From IMG/VR virus record IMGVR_UViG_3300017917_003521: a stretch of DNA of 64,000 nt. The stretch is one strand, 5' to 3'. Position numbers and translations under genes: made by a program. The notes under the pieces were generated by a model. That model saw nothing but the letters and a program-made list of their open reading frames with translations. It ran no database searches and had not been told where the DNA came from. Below are positions 1 to 8,689 of the stretch, in pieces; position 1 is the stretch's first letter, and the number at the start of each line of letters is the position of its first letter. This DNA is from a virus. Its lineage: Duplodnaviria > Heunggongvirae > Uroviricota > Caudoviricetes.

Positions 1-279
1 CTAACAAATAATATAAAAATTGGAAATCATGCTATACTAAATAGAGGTAATCATATAGGTCACGATTGTAAAATTGGTGATTATTTTAGTATGATGCCTG
101 GTTCTATAGTTTCTGGTAATGTTAATATAGGAGATAGAGTTTATTTAGGAACGAATTCATCTATAAGAGAAAAAATAAACATATGTGATGATGTTATAAT
201 TGGATTAAATTCTGGTGTAACTAAAAACATAAATGAGACCGGTACATATTTCGGACAAAAAACGACAAAACATAAATGA
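1..279 (+). CDS. Hexapeptide-repeat sugar O-acyltransferase (NeuD/PglD-like), 5'-truncated by window edge
   Basis: Frame is open from base 1 (LTNNNIKIGNHAILNRGNHIGHDCKIGDYFSMMPG...); IG-x4 hexapeptide repeats. Confidence 0.8.
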   Translation, partial: LTNNIKIGNHAILNRGNHIGHDCKIGDYFSMMPGSIVSGNVNIGDRVYLGTNSSIREKINICDDVIIGLNSGVTKNINETGTYFGQKTTKHK

Positions 280-989
280 AAGTTGCTTTAATTCTATCTG
301 GTCAATTTAGAAATGCTAGAGAGTGCTATAGTTCAATTAAAAGTAATATTCTTGATGTGTATTCGCCAGATGTATTTATCAGTAGTTGGTTAAATCCAAA
401 AAGTATAACACCATCTGGATGGTTTGGTAATACTCCAAATGATGATTGTACAATAAATGATATAATAGAAATGTATAATCCAATCTCTATTGATATGGAA
501 ACATTCGATAATGATGTAAATAAACCTTTTAAGAATATATCTGATAAGCTTGACTCTATTTTACCTGAAAATACAGAAACTAAAACGATTAATGTAGTTT
601 CTATGCACTATAAAAGATATAGAGCTAATCAGTTAAAGAAAAACTATGAGAATCTTAATAGTTTTAAGTATGATATAGTAATTAATTCAAGATTTGATTT
701 AGAATTTTTGGAAAAATTAAATATAGAAGATAATAATAATGTAAACATACCAATTGGATTTGATTGGGCAAATGGTATTTCAGATCTTTTTGCATATGGT
801 AAATCTGACATAATGGATGAATATTTTAATCTTTTTAATATGTTTGAATTTTATAGATTAAATAAAAACATACACTATGCTCCAGAATATACTTTAAAGT
901 ATCATCTTGATCATCAAAAATTAAATGTTTCAAGGTTTTTACTTCACTATAAATTAAGAGGTATTAATATATGGGAAGTTCCCAATTAA
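276..989 (+). CDS. Putative glycosyltransferase-like protein (KVALILSGQFR / SRFDL family)
   Basis: N-terminal ALxLSGQxR and RFDL motifs seen in surface-glycan loci; ATGA overlap with upstream gene. Confidence 0.5.
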   Translation: MKVALILSGQFRNARECYSSIKSNILDVYSPDVFISSWLNPKSITPSGWFGNTPNDDCTINDIIEMYNPISIDMETFDNDVNKPFKNISDKLDSILPENTETKTINVVSMHYKRYRANQLKKNYENLNSFKYDIVINSRFDLEFLEKLNIEDNNNVNIPIGFDWANGISDLFAYGKSDIMDEYFNLFNMFEFYRLNKNIHYAPEYTLKYHLDHQKLNVSRFLLHYKLRGINIWEVPN

Positions 990-1004
990 AAAAAAATAAA
1001 AAGT

Positions 1005-2885
1005 GTGAATCAAATATCTGTACTAGTTGTCAATTTAAATAATCTGAATTATACTAAAGATTGTATCAACGACCTTTTATTACAAGATTGTGAATTTAAT
1101 TTAACAATTGTTGATCAAAATAGTTCTGAAGAAGGTACCAGAGAATATTTATCTACATTACCTTCAAATATAGAGTTTATTCAAAATGAAGAAAATAAAC
1201 CTCTAAATCATTTGTGGAACTGGTTTGTGGAAAAATCAAATACACCTTACATATGTTTACTAAACAATGATGTAAGAATTGCACCTAACTTTCTATCATC
1301 TACTATCAAAGTATTTGAAAAAGAATCAAACGTTGGTTTTGTTAATCATGTATCCAATAATAAAGATTATCAAGAATGGTCTTCAAATTTAAGATATAAA
1401 ATAATTGAAGAACCATATAGACAAGGCTGGGATCCGATATTTAGAAAAGATTGTTACAGTCAAATACCAAATGAATTATCTTTCTTTTATGGAGATGACT
1501 ATATTTACTCGAAACTATATTCCTCTGGAATGAAAGGCGCTTATGTTTTAAACTCACCAATGATTCACTTTGAAAGAAGTACAACCGTTGAAAAGGGTGG
1601 TCAGAGAGATGCTTCACCAGATGGTGACTTTTTTTATTATTTAGACATAGAATATAAAAATTTATCATTTGTGGAAGAACTGAGTAAGTGGAAGCCAGAG
1701 TTTAATAAAATTAATATGAATAATAAATATTCTAAAGAAAGTTATATAACAAGAGATGCTAATATTGAAAATTGGGAAAGTCATCTAAATACAGTTATAC
1801 TCAATCAGTATAGTGATATAATAAGAGGAAAAGTGGCTGATTTTGGATGTAATCACGGAGCTTGTACTATAATAGCAGCTAGAAATGAAAATATTGAAAA
1901 TATTATAGGAATAGATATAAATAGTGAATCTATTTTAGTGGCTGAAGAACTTTTATCAACTTGTAATGAACCAGTTGATGTTAAGAACAAAGTTAGATAT
2001 CAAGTTGGTGACTTAACAAACCTAAATAGGATAAGTGATAATTACTTTGATTCAGCAACATGTTTCCATACGTTAGAACATATTTATCCAGATGATTACA
2101 CTGACGTATTTTCTGAATGGAAAAGAGTTATATCTGACGGTGGTCATTTTATTGTATCTGTTCCATATTTAAATGCATATGATGATCCTTGTCATGTTAA
2201 TTATTTTGATGAAAATAACCTATCTGAGTTGTTTAATCAGCAAGGATTTGAAGTTATAGAATGTTATAGAGATAATAGAGAAGATTTCGACTGTCTTAAT
2301 ATTATTTCAAAAGTTAATAAAAGAGAGATAGATCTTTCTATATTAATTTGCTCGTTAACTGAAAGAAGAAACATATTCTTAAATAGACTTTTAGACAATT
2401 TAGAACCTCAAGCTATAAACAAAAATGTTGAAATTATAGTTTTATCCGACAATGCAAAAAGAAGTATAGGTCAAAAAAGAAACGATGCTATCAAAATGGC
2501 AAATGGTAAGTATATCTGTTTTATTGATGATGATGATTTGGTATCACATGATTATGTTGATTTAATCTTAAAAGAGATAAGAGATTGGTCACCTGATGTT
2601 ATTGTATTTGATGCCTTAATAACATTCGATGATCAAAGACCTAAGATAGTAAAGTATGGTAGAGAATTTGATTATTGTGAAAAAGAAGAAGCTTATTATA
2701 GACATCCAAATCATTTAATGGTTCATAAAAAATCTAATATAACAGAATGGTTTAAAGATATTAAAACAGGTGAAGATGACGAGTGGGCGTCTAGAATGTT
2801 AGATAGAATTGTAACACAATCTAGAATTAATAGAATATTATATTTCTATGAATATAGAACAACAACAAAAAAATATTACTCATAA
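1005..2885 (+). CDS. Tri-domain GT2 - SAM methyltransferase - GT2 fusion
   Basis: N-terminal GT2 (VVNLNN, LLNNDV), central class I MTase (ADFGCNHG, HTLEHI), C-terminal GT2 (SILICSL, FIDDDD). Confidence 0.75.
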   Translation: MNQISVLVVNLNNLNYTKDCINDLLLQDCEFNLTIVDQNSSEEGTREYLSTLPSNIEFIQNEENKPLNHLWNWFVEKSNTPYICLLNNDVRIAPNFLSSTIKVFEKESNVGFVNHVSNNKDYQEWSSNLRYKIIEEPYRQGWDPIFRKDCYSQIPNELSFFYGDDYIYSKLYSSGMKGAYVLNSPMIHFERSTTVEKGGQRDASPDGDFFYYLDIEYKNLSFVEELSKWKPEFNKINMNNKYSKESYITRDANIENWESHLNTVILNQYSDIIRGKVADFGCNHGACTIIAARNENIENIIGIDINSESILVAEELLSTCNEPVDVKNKVRYQVGDLTNLNRISDNYFDSATCFHTLEHIYPDDYTDVFSEWKRVISDGGHFIVSVPYLNAYDDPCHVNYFDENNLSELFNQQGFEVIECYRDNREDFDCLNIISKVNKREIDLSILICSLTERRNIFLNRLLDNLEPQAINKNVEIIVLSDNAKRSIGQKRNDAIKMANGKYICFIDDDDLVSHDYVDLILKEIRDWSPDVIVFDALITFDDQRPKIVKYGREFDYCEKEEAYYRHPNHLMVHKKSNITEWFKDIKTGEDDEWASRMLDRIVTQSRINRILYFYEYRTTTKKYYS

Positions 2886-3505
2886 TGCAAAGATTTGAAA
2901 TTATAAATTACTTGACATCTGTTAATGATTATAAGTCATTTTTAGAGATAGGAACACAAGCTAAAATAAATTTTAGTTCAGTTAATGTTTCTAGAAAAGT
3001 TTGTGTTGATCCTGATCCTAATGCAGGTGCTGATTTTCAAATAACATCAGATGAATACTTTGAAAATAATTTTGAAAAATTTGACATAGTATTTGTTGAT
3101 GGATTACATCATGCAGACGTTGCATATAGAGATATAGTAAACTCATTAAAAAGACTAAATCCTGGTGGTTGTGTTGTTGTACATGATGTAATTCCATTTT
3201 CATATGAAGCCCAGATTATACCTTTAGAAAAGGCATCTGATATGGGTACAATAGCTTGGAATGGTGATGTTTGGAAGGCTTGGATTAAGTTAAGAACCGA
3301 AAGAAACGATTTATCTATGAAATGTGTTAATACGGATCATGGTTGCGGAATTATACACTTTACTAATCCAGGTGAAGGTGATTTTATTAATAATTTTCAA
3401 AATGGATACTATAAATATGATTCTAATTCTATTCTGAATAATCTCAATCTTATAGAACCTGATGAATTTTTAAATAAATATATTGAAAGAGTTCCTAAAA
3501 TATGA
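2885..3505 (+). CDS. Class I SAM-dependent methyltransferase (Methyltransf_24-like)
   Basis: FLEIG, FDIVFVDGLH, LNPGGCVVVHD motifs. Confidence 0.75.
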   Translation: MQRFEIINYLTSVNDYKSFLEIGTQAKINFSSVNVSRKVCVDPDPNAGADFQITSDEYFENNFEKFDIVFVDGLHHADVAYRDIVNSLKRLNPGGCVVVHDVIPFSYEAQIIPLEKASDMGTIAWNGDVWKAWIKLRTERNDLSMKCVNTDHGCGIIHFTNPGEGDFINNFQNGYYKYDSNSILNNLNLIEPDEFLNKYIERVPKI

Positions 3506-5439
3506 AAAAAACATACATAACACACGTCACTAGAGACTATTTAGATGTAGCTATAAATTTAGCAAAGTCTATTGAGTTGTTTTCTAAAATACCTTTAGTT
3601 GTTTACTGCATCGGATTAGAAGATTCTGATAAGGAAAAGTTCAATATATTTAAAAATGTGGAGTTAAGAAATATAGAACTAGATATAAAATCAAATGATG
3701 ATGATTATGTTACTAATAGTTCTGGTAACTTCTACATAAATAGAAATAGTACTAGAATATATCAAATTTTATGTGCTAAGACAATAGCTATGGAAATGGC
3801 TTTAGAAGAAGGATTTGACGAGGTTTGCTATCTAGATTCTGATTGTTTAGCAACACCTTTTGTAGATGAACTTTTTGATTGGACTAATAATATATCTGAC
3901 TTTCCAATTGCAACTGAAGGTATACATGAGTATATGATTATAATTGAGAATGGAATTCAAAAAGGAAATCCATTCATTAATTGGCCCATAGCAGACAATA
4001 CATATAGCTTAGAATGGCCCTTAATGAATTTTATGCAAATGAAGCCAGAAGAAAGAGGTAGATACAGGACTACAGGTATAATGTTAATGAATCAAAATTG
4101 TTTACCTTTTATTAGAACTTGGAGAGAACTTTGCTTTTTATTACCAAAATTGGTTGATACTAGACATTATGCTCCGTACCATGAAGAGACTATATATAAT
4201 GTACTATCATGGAAGAAAGAAAATAAAGGTTTTCCTCTTTGTTATATAAATTTAGGAGAAGGATTAGAAACAGTTAAACATTTCTACTCAGATGAATCAG
4301 TAGAAGGTAATTTAAGGTGGTCGGATACAGATACATCTCAAAATTTTTATAAAATTCCTGACGATAAAAAATATGTAAAAGTTTTACACGGTGAAAAAAG
4401 AACATCAGAGGTTGAAAGTATTTTAGACTTCTTAAATAATAATAAAACAAAAAAAAATCCTAAAATTTTAATTCAAATTGACACTTTTGCAGATACACAA
4501 GATAAAATAGAAATAACAAAACTTTGTATTGAGTCTTTAAAGGATTTTGAATATCCTATTCTTTTAACATCACATATAGATGTGCCAGATGAAATTAAAG
4601 ATTTATGTGATTATAGTTATATTGATAATAATAATGTTCTACTACCACCAACAACTAATAAATCATTTCTTAGATTCTATTCAGATTTTTTATCATCAGA
4701 GATTATATTAAATAACTCAGATCCACATGCTCCGGCTTGTCTATCTAGTATCATAAATGGTGCTAGATTTGCAATAAATAATAATTTTGATTTCTTTATT
4801 AGATTTGAGTATGATGTTTTTATAAAAGAAGAATACAAAAACTATGTAAAAGACTTAATAAAATCATCATCAAAGATGGATGGATTGGTTTTTTATAATA
4901 ACAATTGGTTAGATGGTAAAATAATAATGATTAAACCAGAATTATACCTTAAAAAGTTTGATGTTGATATTAATAGTTCAGATGATTATTATAATTTACT
5001 ATCTAAAAATGGTGTACTTGATGATAATAGAAGACATTTACAAAATACACAATATAAAATATTAAATGATTCTGGATTACTAAATAATGTAAATAAAATA
5101 CCTACTAGAGATCTAGAAGATTTAATTGATAATAGATTATCTATAAAAGAGTCTGGTGTATTTAGACCGGTCTACATAGAAGGTGATGAATCTAGTTTTG
5201 CTAATATATGCCACGGTTGGATAGATGGTGATGTTAAGGTTGATATATATTTAGATAATGTTTTAATATACAATTATATTCAAAAGTATATTGCTAATTC
5301 TATAACATATAGAATATTTCAATTTGAAAATAAAAATTATAAAATAATATCAACAGATTTAAAAACAAATAAAGTTGAGATTTTTGAATTTTCAAACATT
5401 CAAGAATTAAAAAATTTAGGAAAATTAATATTAAATTAA
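3502..5439 (+). CDS. Multi-domain putative glycosyltransferase
   Basis: GT-A-like YLDSD (DxD), HEETIYN; second module ILLTSHIDV; position in glycan locus. Confidence 0.5.
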   Translation: MKKTYITHVTRDYLDVAINLAKSIELFSKIPLVVYCIGLEDSDKEKFNIFKNVELRNIELDIKSNDDDYVTNSSGNFYINRNSTRIYQILCAKTIAMEMALEEGFDEVCYLDSDCLATPFVDELFDWTNNISDFPIATEGIHEYMIIIENGIQKGNPFINWPIADNTYSLEWPLMNFMQMKPEERGRYRTTGIMLMNQNCLPFIRTWRELCFLLPKLVDTRHYAPYHEETIYNVLSWKKENKGFPLCYINLGEGLETVKHFYSDESVEGNLRWSDTDTSQNFYKIPDDKKYVKVLHGEKRTSEVESILDFLNNNKTKKNPKILIQIDTFADTQDKIEITKLCIESLKDFEYPILLTSHIDVPDEIKDLCDYSYIDNNNVLLPPTTNKSFLRFYSDFLSSEIILNNSDPHAPACLSSIINGARFAINNNFDFFIRFEYDVFIKEEYKNYVKDLIKSSSKMDGLVFYNNNWLDGKIIMIKPELYLKKFDVDINSSDDYYNLLSKNGVLDDNRRHLQNTQYKILNDSGLLNNVNKIPTRDLEDLIDNRLSIKESGVFRPVYIEGDESSFANICHGWIDGDVKVDIYLDNVLIYNYIQKYIANSITYRIFQFENKNYKIISTDLKTNKVEIFEFSNIQELKNLGKLILN

Positions 5440-6536
5440 TGAGTGACAATTTTTGTATAATAGTTTTTTCACATGCTGATAGTGAAGAAAAAGAAGAAAT
5501 TCTTTATAATTCCTTATCATCAATAAAGCGCCTTAACATATCAATAATTCTAGCATCACATATTCCTGTGAGCGAAAGAAATCAAAACCTATGTGATTAC
5601 TATGTTAAAGATAGTAACAACCTTATATTAAGTGAGTCGGATATTATAAATAATCCGGTTAAAACATCAAAAGATATTTATAACACAACTGATTATTTTG
5701 GTGGATTAAAATTTGAGACATCTGTTTTTAAAAAAACATATCAAGCTGGTGTTTTTAATCTTTATATAAGTGCTTTTAGATTTGCAAATAATATAGGTTT
5801 TAAAAATGCGATTTTATGGGAGTTTGATTATATACTTGGTGATAAATCAGTTTTTTTTATAAATGATTCTATTAACAGAATTTTATCCGAAGGAGTAGAA
5901 TGTTTATACTTTAATAGTATTATTAACATATTTAATAATGATATTATTCAAAAGTCTATAGATTGTTGTTATGCAATTCCTGCATTTTTTAATTTAGAGA
6001 AGTTTAACTCTATTTGTCCTATCAATTTTATAAAAAGTGGAAAAGAGTATAATGAAATAAGTCGACTGATGATAATGGAACAATGGATAAAATCATATAT
6101 TGTAGATAGATGTGAGAGAAAAATAGAATATCCATATGATCATTATAACAATTTATTACCGGATACTAAACTAGGACAAGTACACAGTCAAAGAGATAAC
6201 TACCTTCTATCTGGTTTGAGAAGTGGTTTATATTTTAATGACGATAGAACATCTTTATGTTTACTTTTTGCAAATATGTCACTAAATCTACTTAGTTCAA
6301 CTTTTCAGATATATCATGATGGTAATTTAATATTTGATATAAAAAGAGATTTATATCCAAAAAGTTGGTTTTATGACTTTTTAAATAGTGTAATTGTTGA
6401 CTTATGTAAGTCAAAAAATGGTTGTCTTATTAAAGAAACTGTTGAAGATTTAAATACTAAAAAAGTTGATATTTTTGAGTATGTAATAAATGAAGAAAAT
6501 ATAGATTTTGTTTGTAAATTAAAAAAATTCTCTTAA
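5439..6536 (+). CDS. Hypothetical protein, paralog of the C-terminal half of 3502..5439
   Basis: Shared IILASH / CDY / EFDY-EYD motifs. Confidence 0.45.
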   Translation: MSDNFCIIVFSHADSEEKEEILYNSLSSIKRLNISIILASHIPVSERNQNLCDYYVKDSNNLILSESDIINNPVKTSKDIYNTTDYFGGLKFETSVFKKTYQAGVFNLYISAFRFANNIGFKNAILWEFDYILGDKSVFFINDSINRILSEGVECLYFNSIINIFNNDIIQKSIDCCYAIPAFFNLEKFNSICPINFIKSGKEYNEISRLMIMEQWIKSYIVDRCERKIEYPYDHYNNLLPDTKLGQVHSQRDNYLLSGLRSGLYFNDDRTSLCLLFANMSLNLLSSTFQIYHDGNLIFDIKRDLYPKSWFYDFLNSVIVDLCKSKNGCLIKETVEDLNTKKVDIFEYVINEENIDFVCKLKKFS

Positions 6537-6563
6537 ATTTGTATAATAATTGAAAAAGGGACT

Positions 6564-6582
6564 AAACTTTTTTAATATATAC
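6564..6582 (+). promoter_or_regulatory. Putative phage promoter AAACTTTTT(T)AATATATAC upstream of tRNA-fMet
   Basis: Same motif recurs at about 7881, 15463 and 26085 ahead of tRNA arrays. Confidence 0.55.
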
Positions 6583-6599
6583 ACATACAATAAAAACAT

Positions 6600-6671
6600 T
6601 GCGGGGTAGAGCAGAGGTAGCTCGCAAGGCTCATAACCTTGAGGTCGCAGGTTCGATTCCTGCCCCCGCTA
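6600..6671 (+). tRNA. tRNA-fMet (CAT), initiator-like
   Basis: Cloverleaf with 1:72 mismatch, GCGGGG acceptor, CAAGG-CTCATAA-CCTTG. Confidence 0.85.
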
Positions 6672-6689
6672 CTAAAAAAATAAAAAAGA

Positions 6690-6721
6690 TTTGGTGAAAT
6701 GAAAAAGTCTCCATATCTTTG
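6690..6721 (+). promoter_or_regulatory. Bacteroidota-type primary sigma promoter (TTTG-N20-TATCTTTG)
   Basis: Matches the -33 TTTG / -7 TAnnTTTG consensus. Confidence 0.7.
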
Positions 6722-6757
6722 TAAAAGAAATAAGAAAACAATATAAAACGAATTAAA

Positions 6758-6835
6758 ATGAACACTGTTATGAACATAGCGTATTATTATGAGGGGGAGC
6801 GTAGCTCAAACGTCAGACTAATGTCTATGTCGTAA
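6758..6835 (+). CDS. Leader peptide 1 MNTVMNIAYYYEGERSSNVRLMSMS (putative Tyr/Glu attenuator)
   Basis: 25-aa ORF between promoter and terminator; TAT-TAT-TAT-GAG-GGG-GAG run. Confidence 0.75.
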   Translation: MNTVMNIAYYYEGERSSNVRLMSMS

Positions 6836-6857
6836 TGGTTTCATTATGATATTAACT

Positions 6858-6893
6858 AACCCAGTCTGACTTATCAGACTGGGTTTTTTGTTT
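6858..6893 (+). terminator. Intrinsic terminator/attenuator before Glu/Tyr tRNA array
   Basis: AACCCAGTCTGA-CTTA-TCAGACTGGGTT plus U-tract. Confidence 0.85.
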
Positions 6894-6911
6894 TAAAGTT
6901 CTTTGAAATTT

Positions 6912-6998
6912 GGGAGTATAACGTCAGCGGCATGTTAGAGCCGCCCCTAAACAAATAGACGTATAGAGGTAACTTGTGTGCAAATCCAGGTGCTCCCA
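6912..6998 (+). ncRNA. tRNA-like RNA with aberrant D and anticodon arms
   Basis: Acceptor GGGAGTA/TGCTCCC and degenerate T arm (GTGCAAATC); no canonical anticodon loop. Confidence 0.5.
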
Positions 6999-7004
6999 CA
7001 AAAT

Positions 7005-7076
7005 GGTCCTGTCGACTAATGGTTAGGTCAACACCCTTTCAAGGTGTAGATGCGGGTTCGATCCCCGTCAGGACTA
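7005..7076 (+). tRNA. tRNA-Glu (TTC)
   Basis: ACACC-CTTTCAA-GGTGT; canonical cloverleaf. Confidence 0.9.
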
Positions 7077-7084
7077 CAAAAAAT

Positions 7085-7164
7085 GCTACGGTATGCAAAC
7101 CGGAATAAGCGACCAGACTTTCAATCTGGACATCGAAAGATGTGTGCGGGTTCCGTCCGTAGTA
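7085..7164 (+). tRNA. Atypical tRNA, TTC (Glu) anticodon with long variable arm and truncated T arm
   Basis: CCAGA-CTTTCAA-TCTGG; V arm CATC-GAAA-GATG; T arm reduced to GCGG-GTT-CCGT. Confidence 0.6.
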
Positions 7165-7171
7165 CAAAAAT

Positions 7172-7254
7172 GGGAATGATGTGACACAGGTAGTCACGCT
7201 AGTCTGTAAAACTAGTGCCTTCGGGCGTTGCGAGTTCGAGTCTCGCCATTCCCA
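7172..7254 (+). tRNA. tRNA-Tyr (GTA)
   Basis: CTAGT-CTGTAAA-ACTAG; long V arm. Confidence 0.9.
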
Positions 7255-7261
7255 CAAACAA

Positions 7262-7345
7262 GGGAGAGCGCCAACGTTGGAGAGTTGGGCTGGTCTGTAA
7301 AATCAGTGGCTTACGCCTGAGTGGGTTCGATTCCCACCTCTCCCA
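7262..7345 (+). tRNA. tRNA-Tyr (GTA)
   Basis: CTGGT-CTGTAAA-ATCAG; long V arm. Confidence 0.9.
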
Positions 7346-7351
7346 CAAAAT

Positions 7352-7424
7352 GATGCCATCGACTAAGGGCTTAGGTCGCCATCCTCTCAAGGTGGAAATA
7401 CGGGTTCGAATCCCGTTGGCATTA
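7352..7424 (+). tRNA. tRNA-Glu (CTC)
   Basis: CCATC-CTCTCAA-GGTGG. Confidence 0.9.
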
Positions 7425-7486
7425 CAAAAAAACTTGAAAAAGTTTGGTAATTAAAATTAAATTACTATCTTTGTAGAGTTGAAAAT

Positions 7487-7558
7487 GGTCCGTTAGTGAA
7501 GCGGTTAACACGCTACCCTTTCACGGTAGAGGCACGGGTTCGAACCCCGTACGGACTA
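7487..7558 (+). tRNA. tRNA-Glu (TTC)
   Basis: CTACC-CTTTCAC-GGTAG. Confidence 0.9.
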
Positions 7559-7563
7559 CAAAT

Positions 7564-7678
7564 GACGCAAAAGGGTCAGGTGATGATATGATGGGTCTGC
7601 TCGAGATACTAGTTCAGCAGTTTAGTAAGACATCATATATGTAGCTTGGAGAGTTTGGTTCAATTCCGAACTGCGTCT
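7564..7678 (+). ncRNA. tRNA-like RNA with greatly extended central arm
   Basis: GACGCA/TGCGTC acceptor, GTTTGG-TTCAATT-CCGAAC T arm, long ATATGATG/CATCATAT helix in place of the anticodon arm. Confidence 0.55.
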
Positions 7679-7682
7679 CTAA

Positions 7683-7760
7683 AAAACAGATAACTCCGGT
7701 ATGGTCTCAATCATTACTCAGAACCGGACTTAGGAGAGTTACAAGTTGAGATTCTGTTTT
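7683..7760 (+). ncRNA. Unassigned structured RNA (possible pseudoknot)
   Basis: Nested AAAACAGA/TCTGTTTT, TAACTC/GAGTTA, CGGT/ACCG plus crossing TCTCAA/TTGAGA. Confidence 0.35.
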
Positions 7761-7766
7761 TTTTAT

Positions 7767-7849
7767 TGGTAGGTATGCAAGTGGTTAAAGCGATCGGTCT
7801 GTAAAACCGCCCTCTTCGGAGTTCGGGGGTTCAAATCCCTCCCTGCCAA
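7767..7849 (+). tRNA. tRNA-Tyr (GTA)
   Basis: TCGGT-CTGTAAA-ACCGC; long V arm. Confidence 0.85.
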
Positions 7850-7915
7850 CAAATAATAAAAAAAATTAAAAGGGAAGATAAAACTTTTTATATATACTTT
7901 AATATAATTAAAACG

Positions 7916-7996
7916 ATGAAAAATTTAACTAACATATCAACAGCAATAATCGAAGGCGGCGCGGGAGCGAATGTCACTGGCTGGTTTATGTTATAA
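7916..7996 (+). CDS. Leader peptide 2 MKNLTNISTAIIEGGAGANVTGWFML (putative Ile/Gly/Ala attenuator)
   Basis: 26-aa ORF after the promoter motif; ATA..GCA-ATA-ATC-GAA-GGC-GGC-GCG-GGA-GCG. Confidence 0.75.
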   Translation: MKNLTNISTAIIEGGAGANVTGWFML

Positions 7997-8020
7997 TCTT
8001 TCATCAAAAGAAGTAAACGG

Positions 8021-8053
8021 AACCCAGTCAGTGAAAATTGACTGGGTTTTTTT
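8021..8053 (+). terminator. Intrinsic terminator/attenuator before Ile/Gly/Ala tRNA array
   Basis: AACCCAGTCAGT-GAAA-ATTGACTGGGTT plus U-tract. Confidence 0.85.
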
Positions 8054-8057
8054 ATTT

Positions 8058-8138
8058 CGGCAGATACCGGTCCAATCTTATACATTGGATATCCGTAGTG
8101 GTAAGTTGAAAACGTGGGTTCGAATCCCACTCTGCCGA
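8058..8138 (+). tRNA. D-arm-less rearranged tRNA with TAT (Ile) anticodon loop
   Basis: CGGCAGA/TCTGCCG acceptor, CCAAT-CTTATAC-ATTGG right after a 7-nt connector, 25-nt variable region, canonical T arm. Confidence 0.6.
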
Positions 8139-8150
8139 CAAAAGATATAA

Positions 8151-8222
8151 GCGGGTATCGTATAAAGGCTATTACTCCAGCCTTCCAAGCTGGAGATGTC
8201 GGTTCGATTCCGACTACCCGCT
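8151..8222 (+). tRNA. tRNA-Gly (TCC)
   Basis: CCAGC-CTTCCAA-GCTGG, U73. Confidence 0.9.
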
Positions 8223-8266
8223 CAAATGAGAAAACATTAAAACCATCCCACCAGGATGTAAAACTC

Positions 8267-8340
8267 GGTCCTGTAGCTCAATTGGTCAGAGCAACTCGCT
8301 CATAACGAGAAGGTTGTCGGTTCAAGTCCGGCCAGGACCA
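8267..8340 (+). tRNA. tRNA CAT, probably Ile2 (lysidine/TilS substrate)
   Basis: ACTCG-CTCATAA-CGAGA; body resembles bacterial ileX-type tRNA; tilS nearby. Confidence 0.7.
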
Positions 8341-8345
8341 CAAAT

Positions 8346-8428
8346 GCGGGTGTCGTATAACGGTAGGTAATTCGACATTACACCTGGCTTCCAACCAGGA
8401 GACGAGGGTTCGACTCCCTTCACCCGCT
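8346..8428 (+). tRNA. tRNA-Gly (TCC) with enlarged D loop
   Basis: CCTGG-CTTCCAA-CCAGG; D loop TAACGGTAGGTAATTCGACAT. Confidence 0.85.
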
Positions 8429-8435
8429 CAACTAT

Positions 8436-8511
8436 GGGGATGCATGTACCAAGGCTTTGGCGAGTCTGCTTTGCAAGCAAACTGTGGTGGGTTCGATTCC
8501 CATCATCTCCA
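8436..8511 (+). tRNA. tRNA-Ala (TGC)
   Basis: TTTGCAA loop, G3-U70, A73. Confidence 0.8.
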
Positions 8512-8516
8512 CAAAA

Positions 8517-8689
8517 TGAGTATGACTATATTTAAATATTTAGTAGATGGTAAACTTTACTTCTTGTATAAAGGAGTTAAGGGTTATATTGCTATACCAT
8601 TTGAACATAGTGGTAGCACAATATCAAATCCCGACTTAAAAGAATTTGTACCAGTTGAATTTGGTAGTGGTTCTAATGGATTTGTATAA
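8517..8689 (+). CDS. Small hypothetical protein (MSMTIFKYL...)
   Basis: ATG just after tRNA-Ala; the track ORF start at 8444 lies inside the tRNA. Confidence 0.55.

Noticed and set aside
7039-8305. Track ORFs 7039-7257, 7199-7390, 7215-7454, 7888-8130 and 8114-8305
   Set aside because: They overlap or are antisense to well-formed tRNA genes and translate to typical tRNA-shadow peptides.
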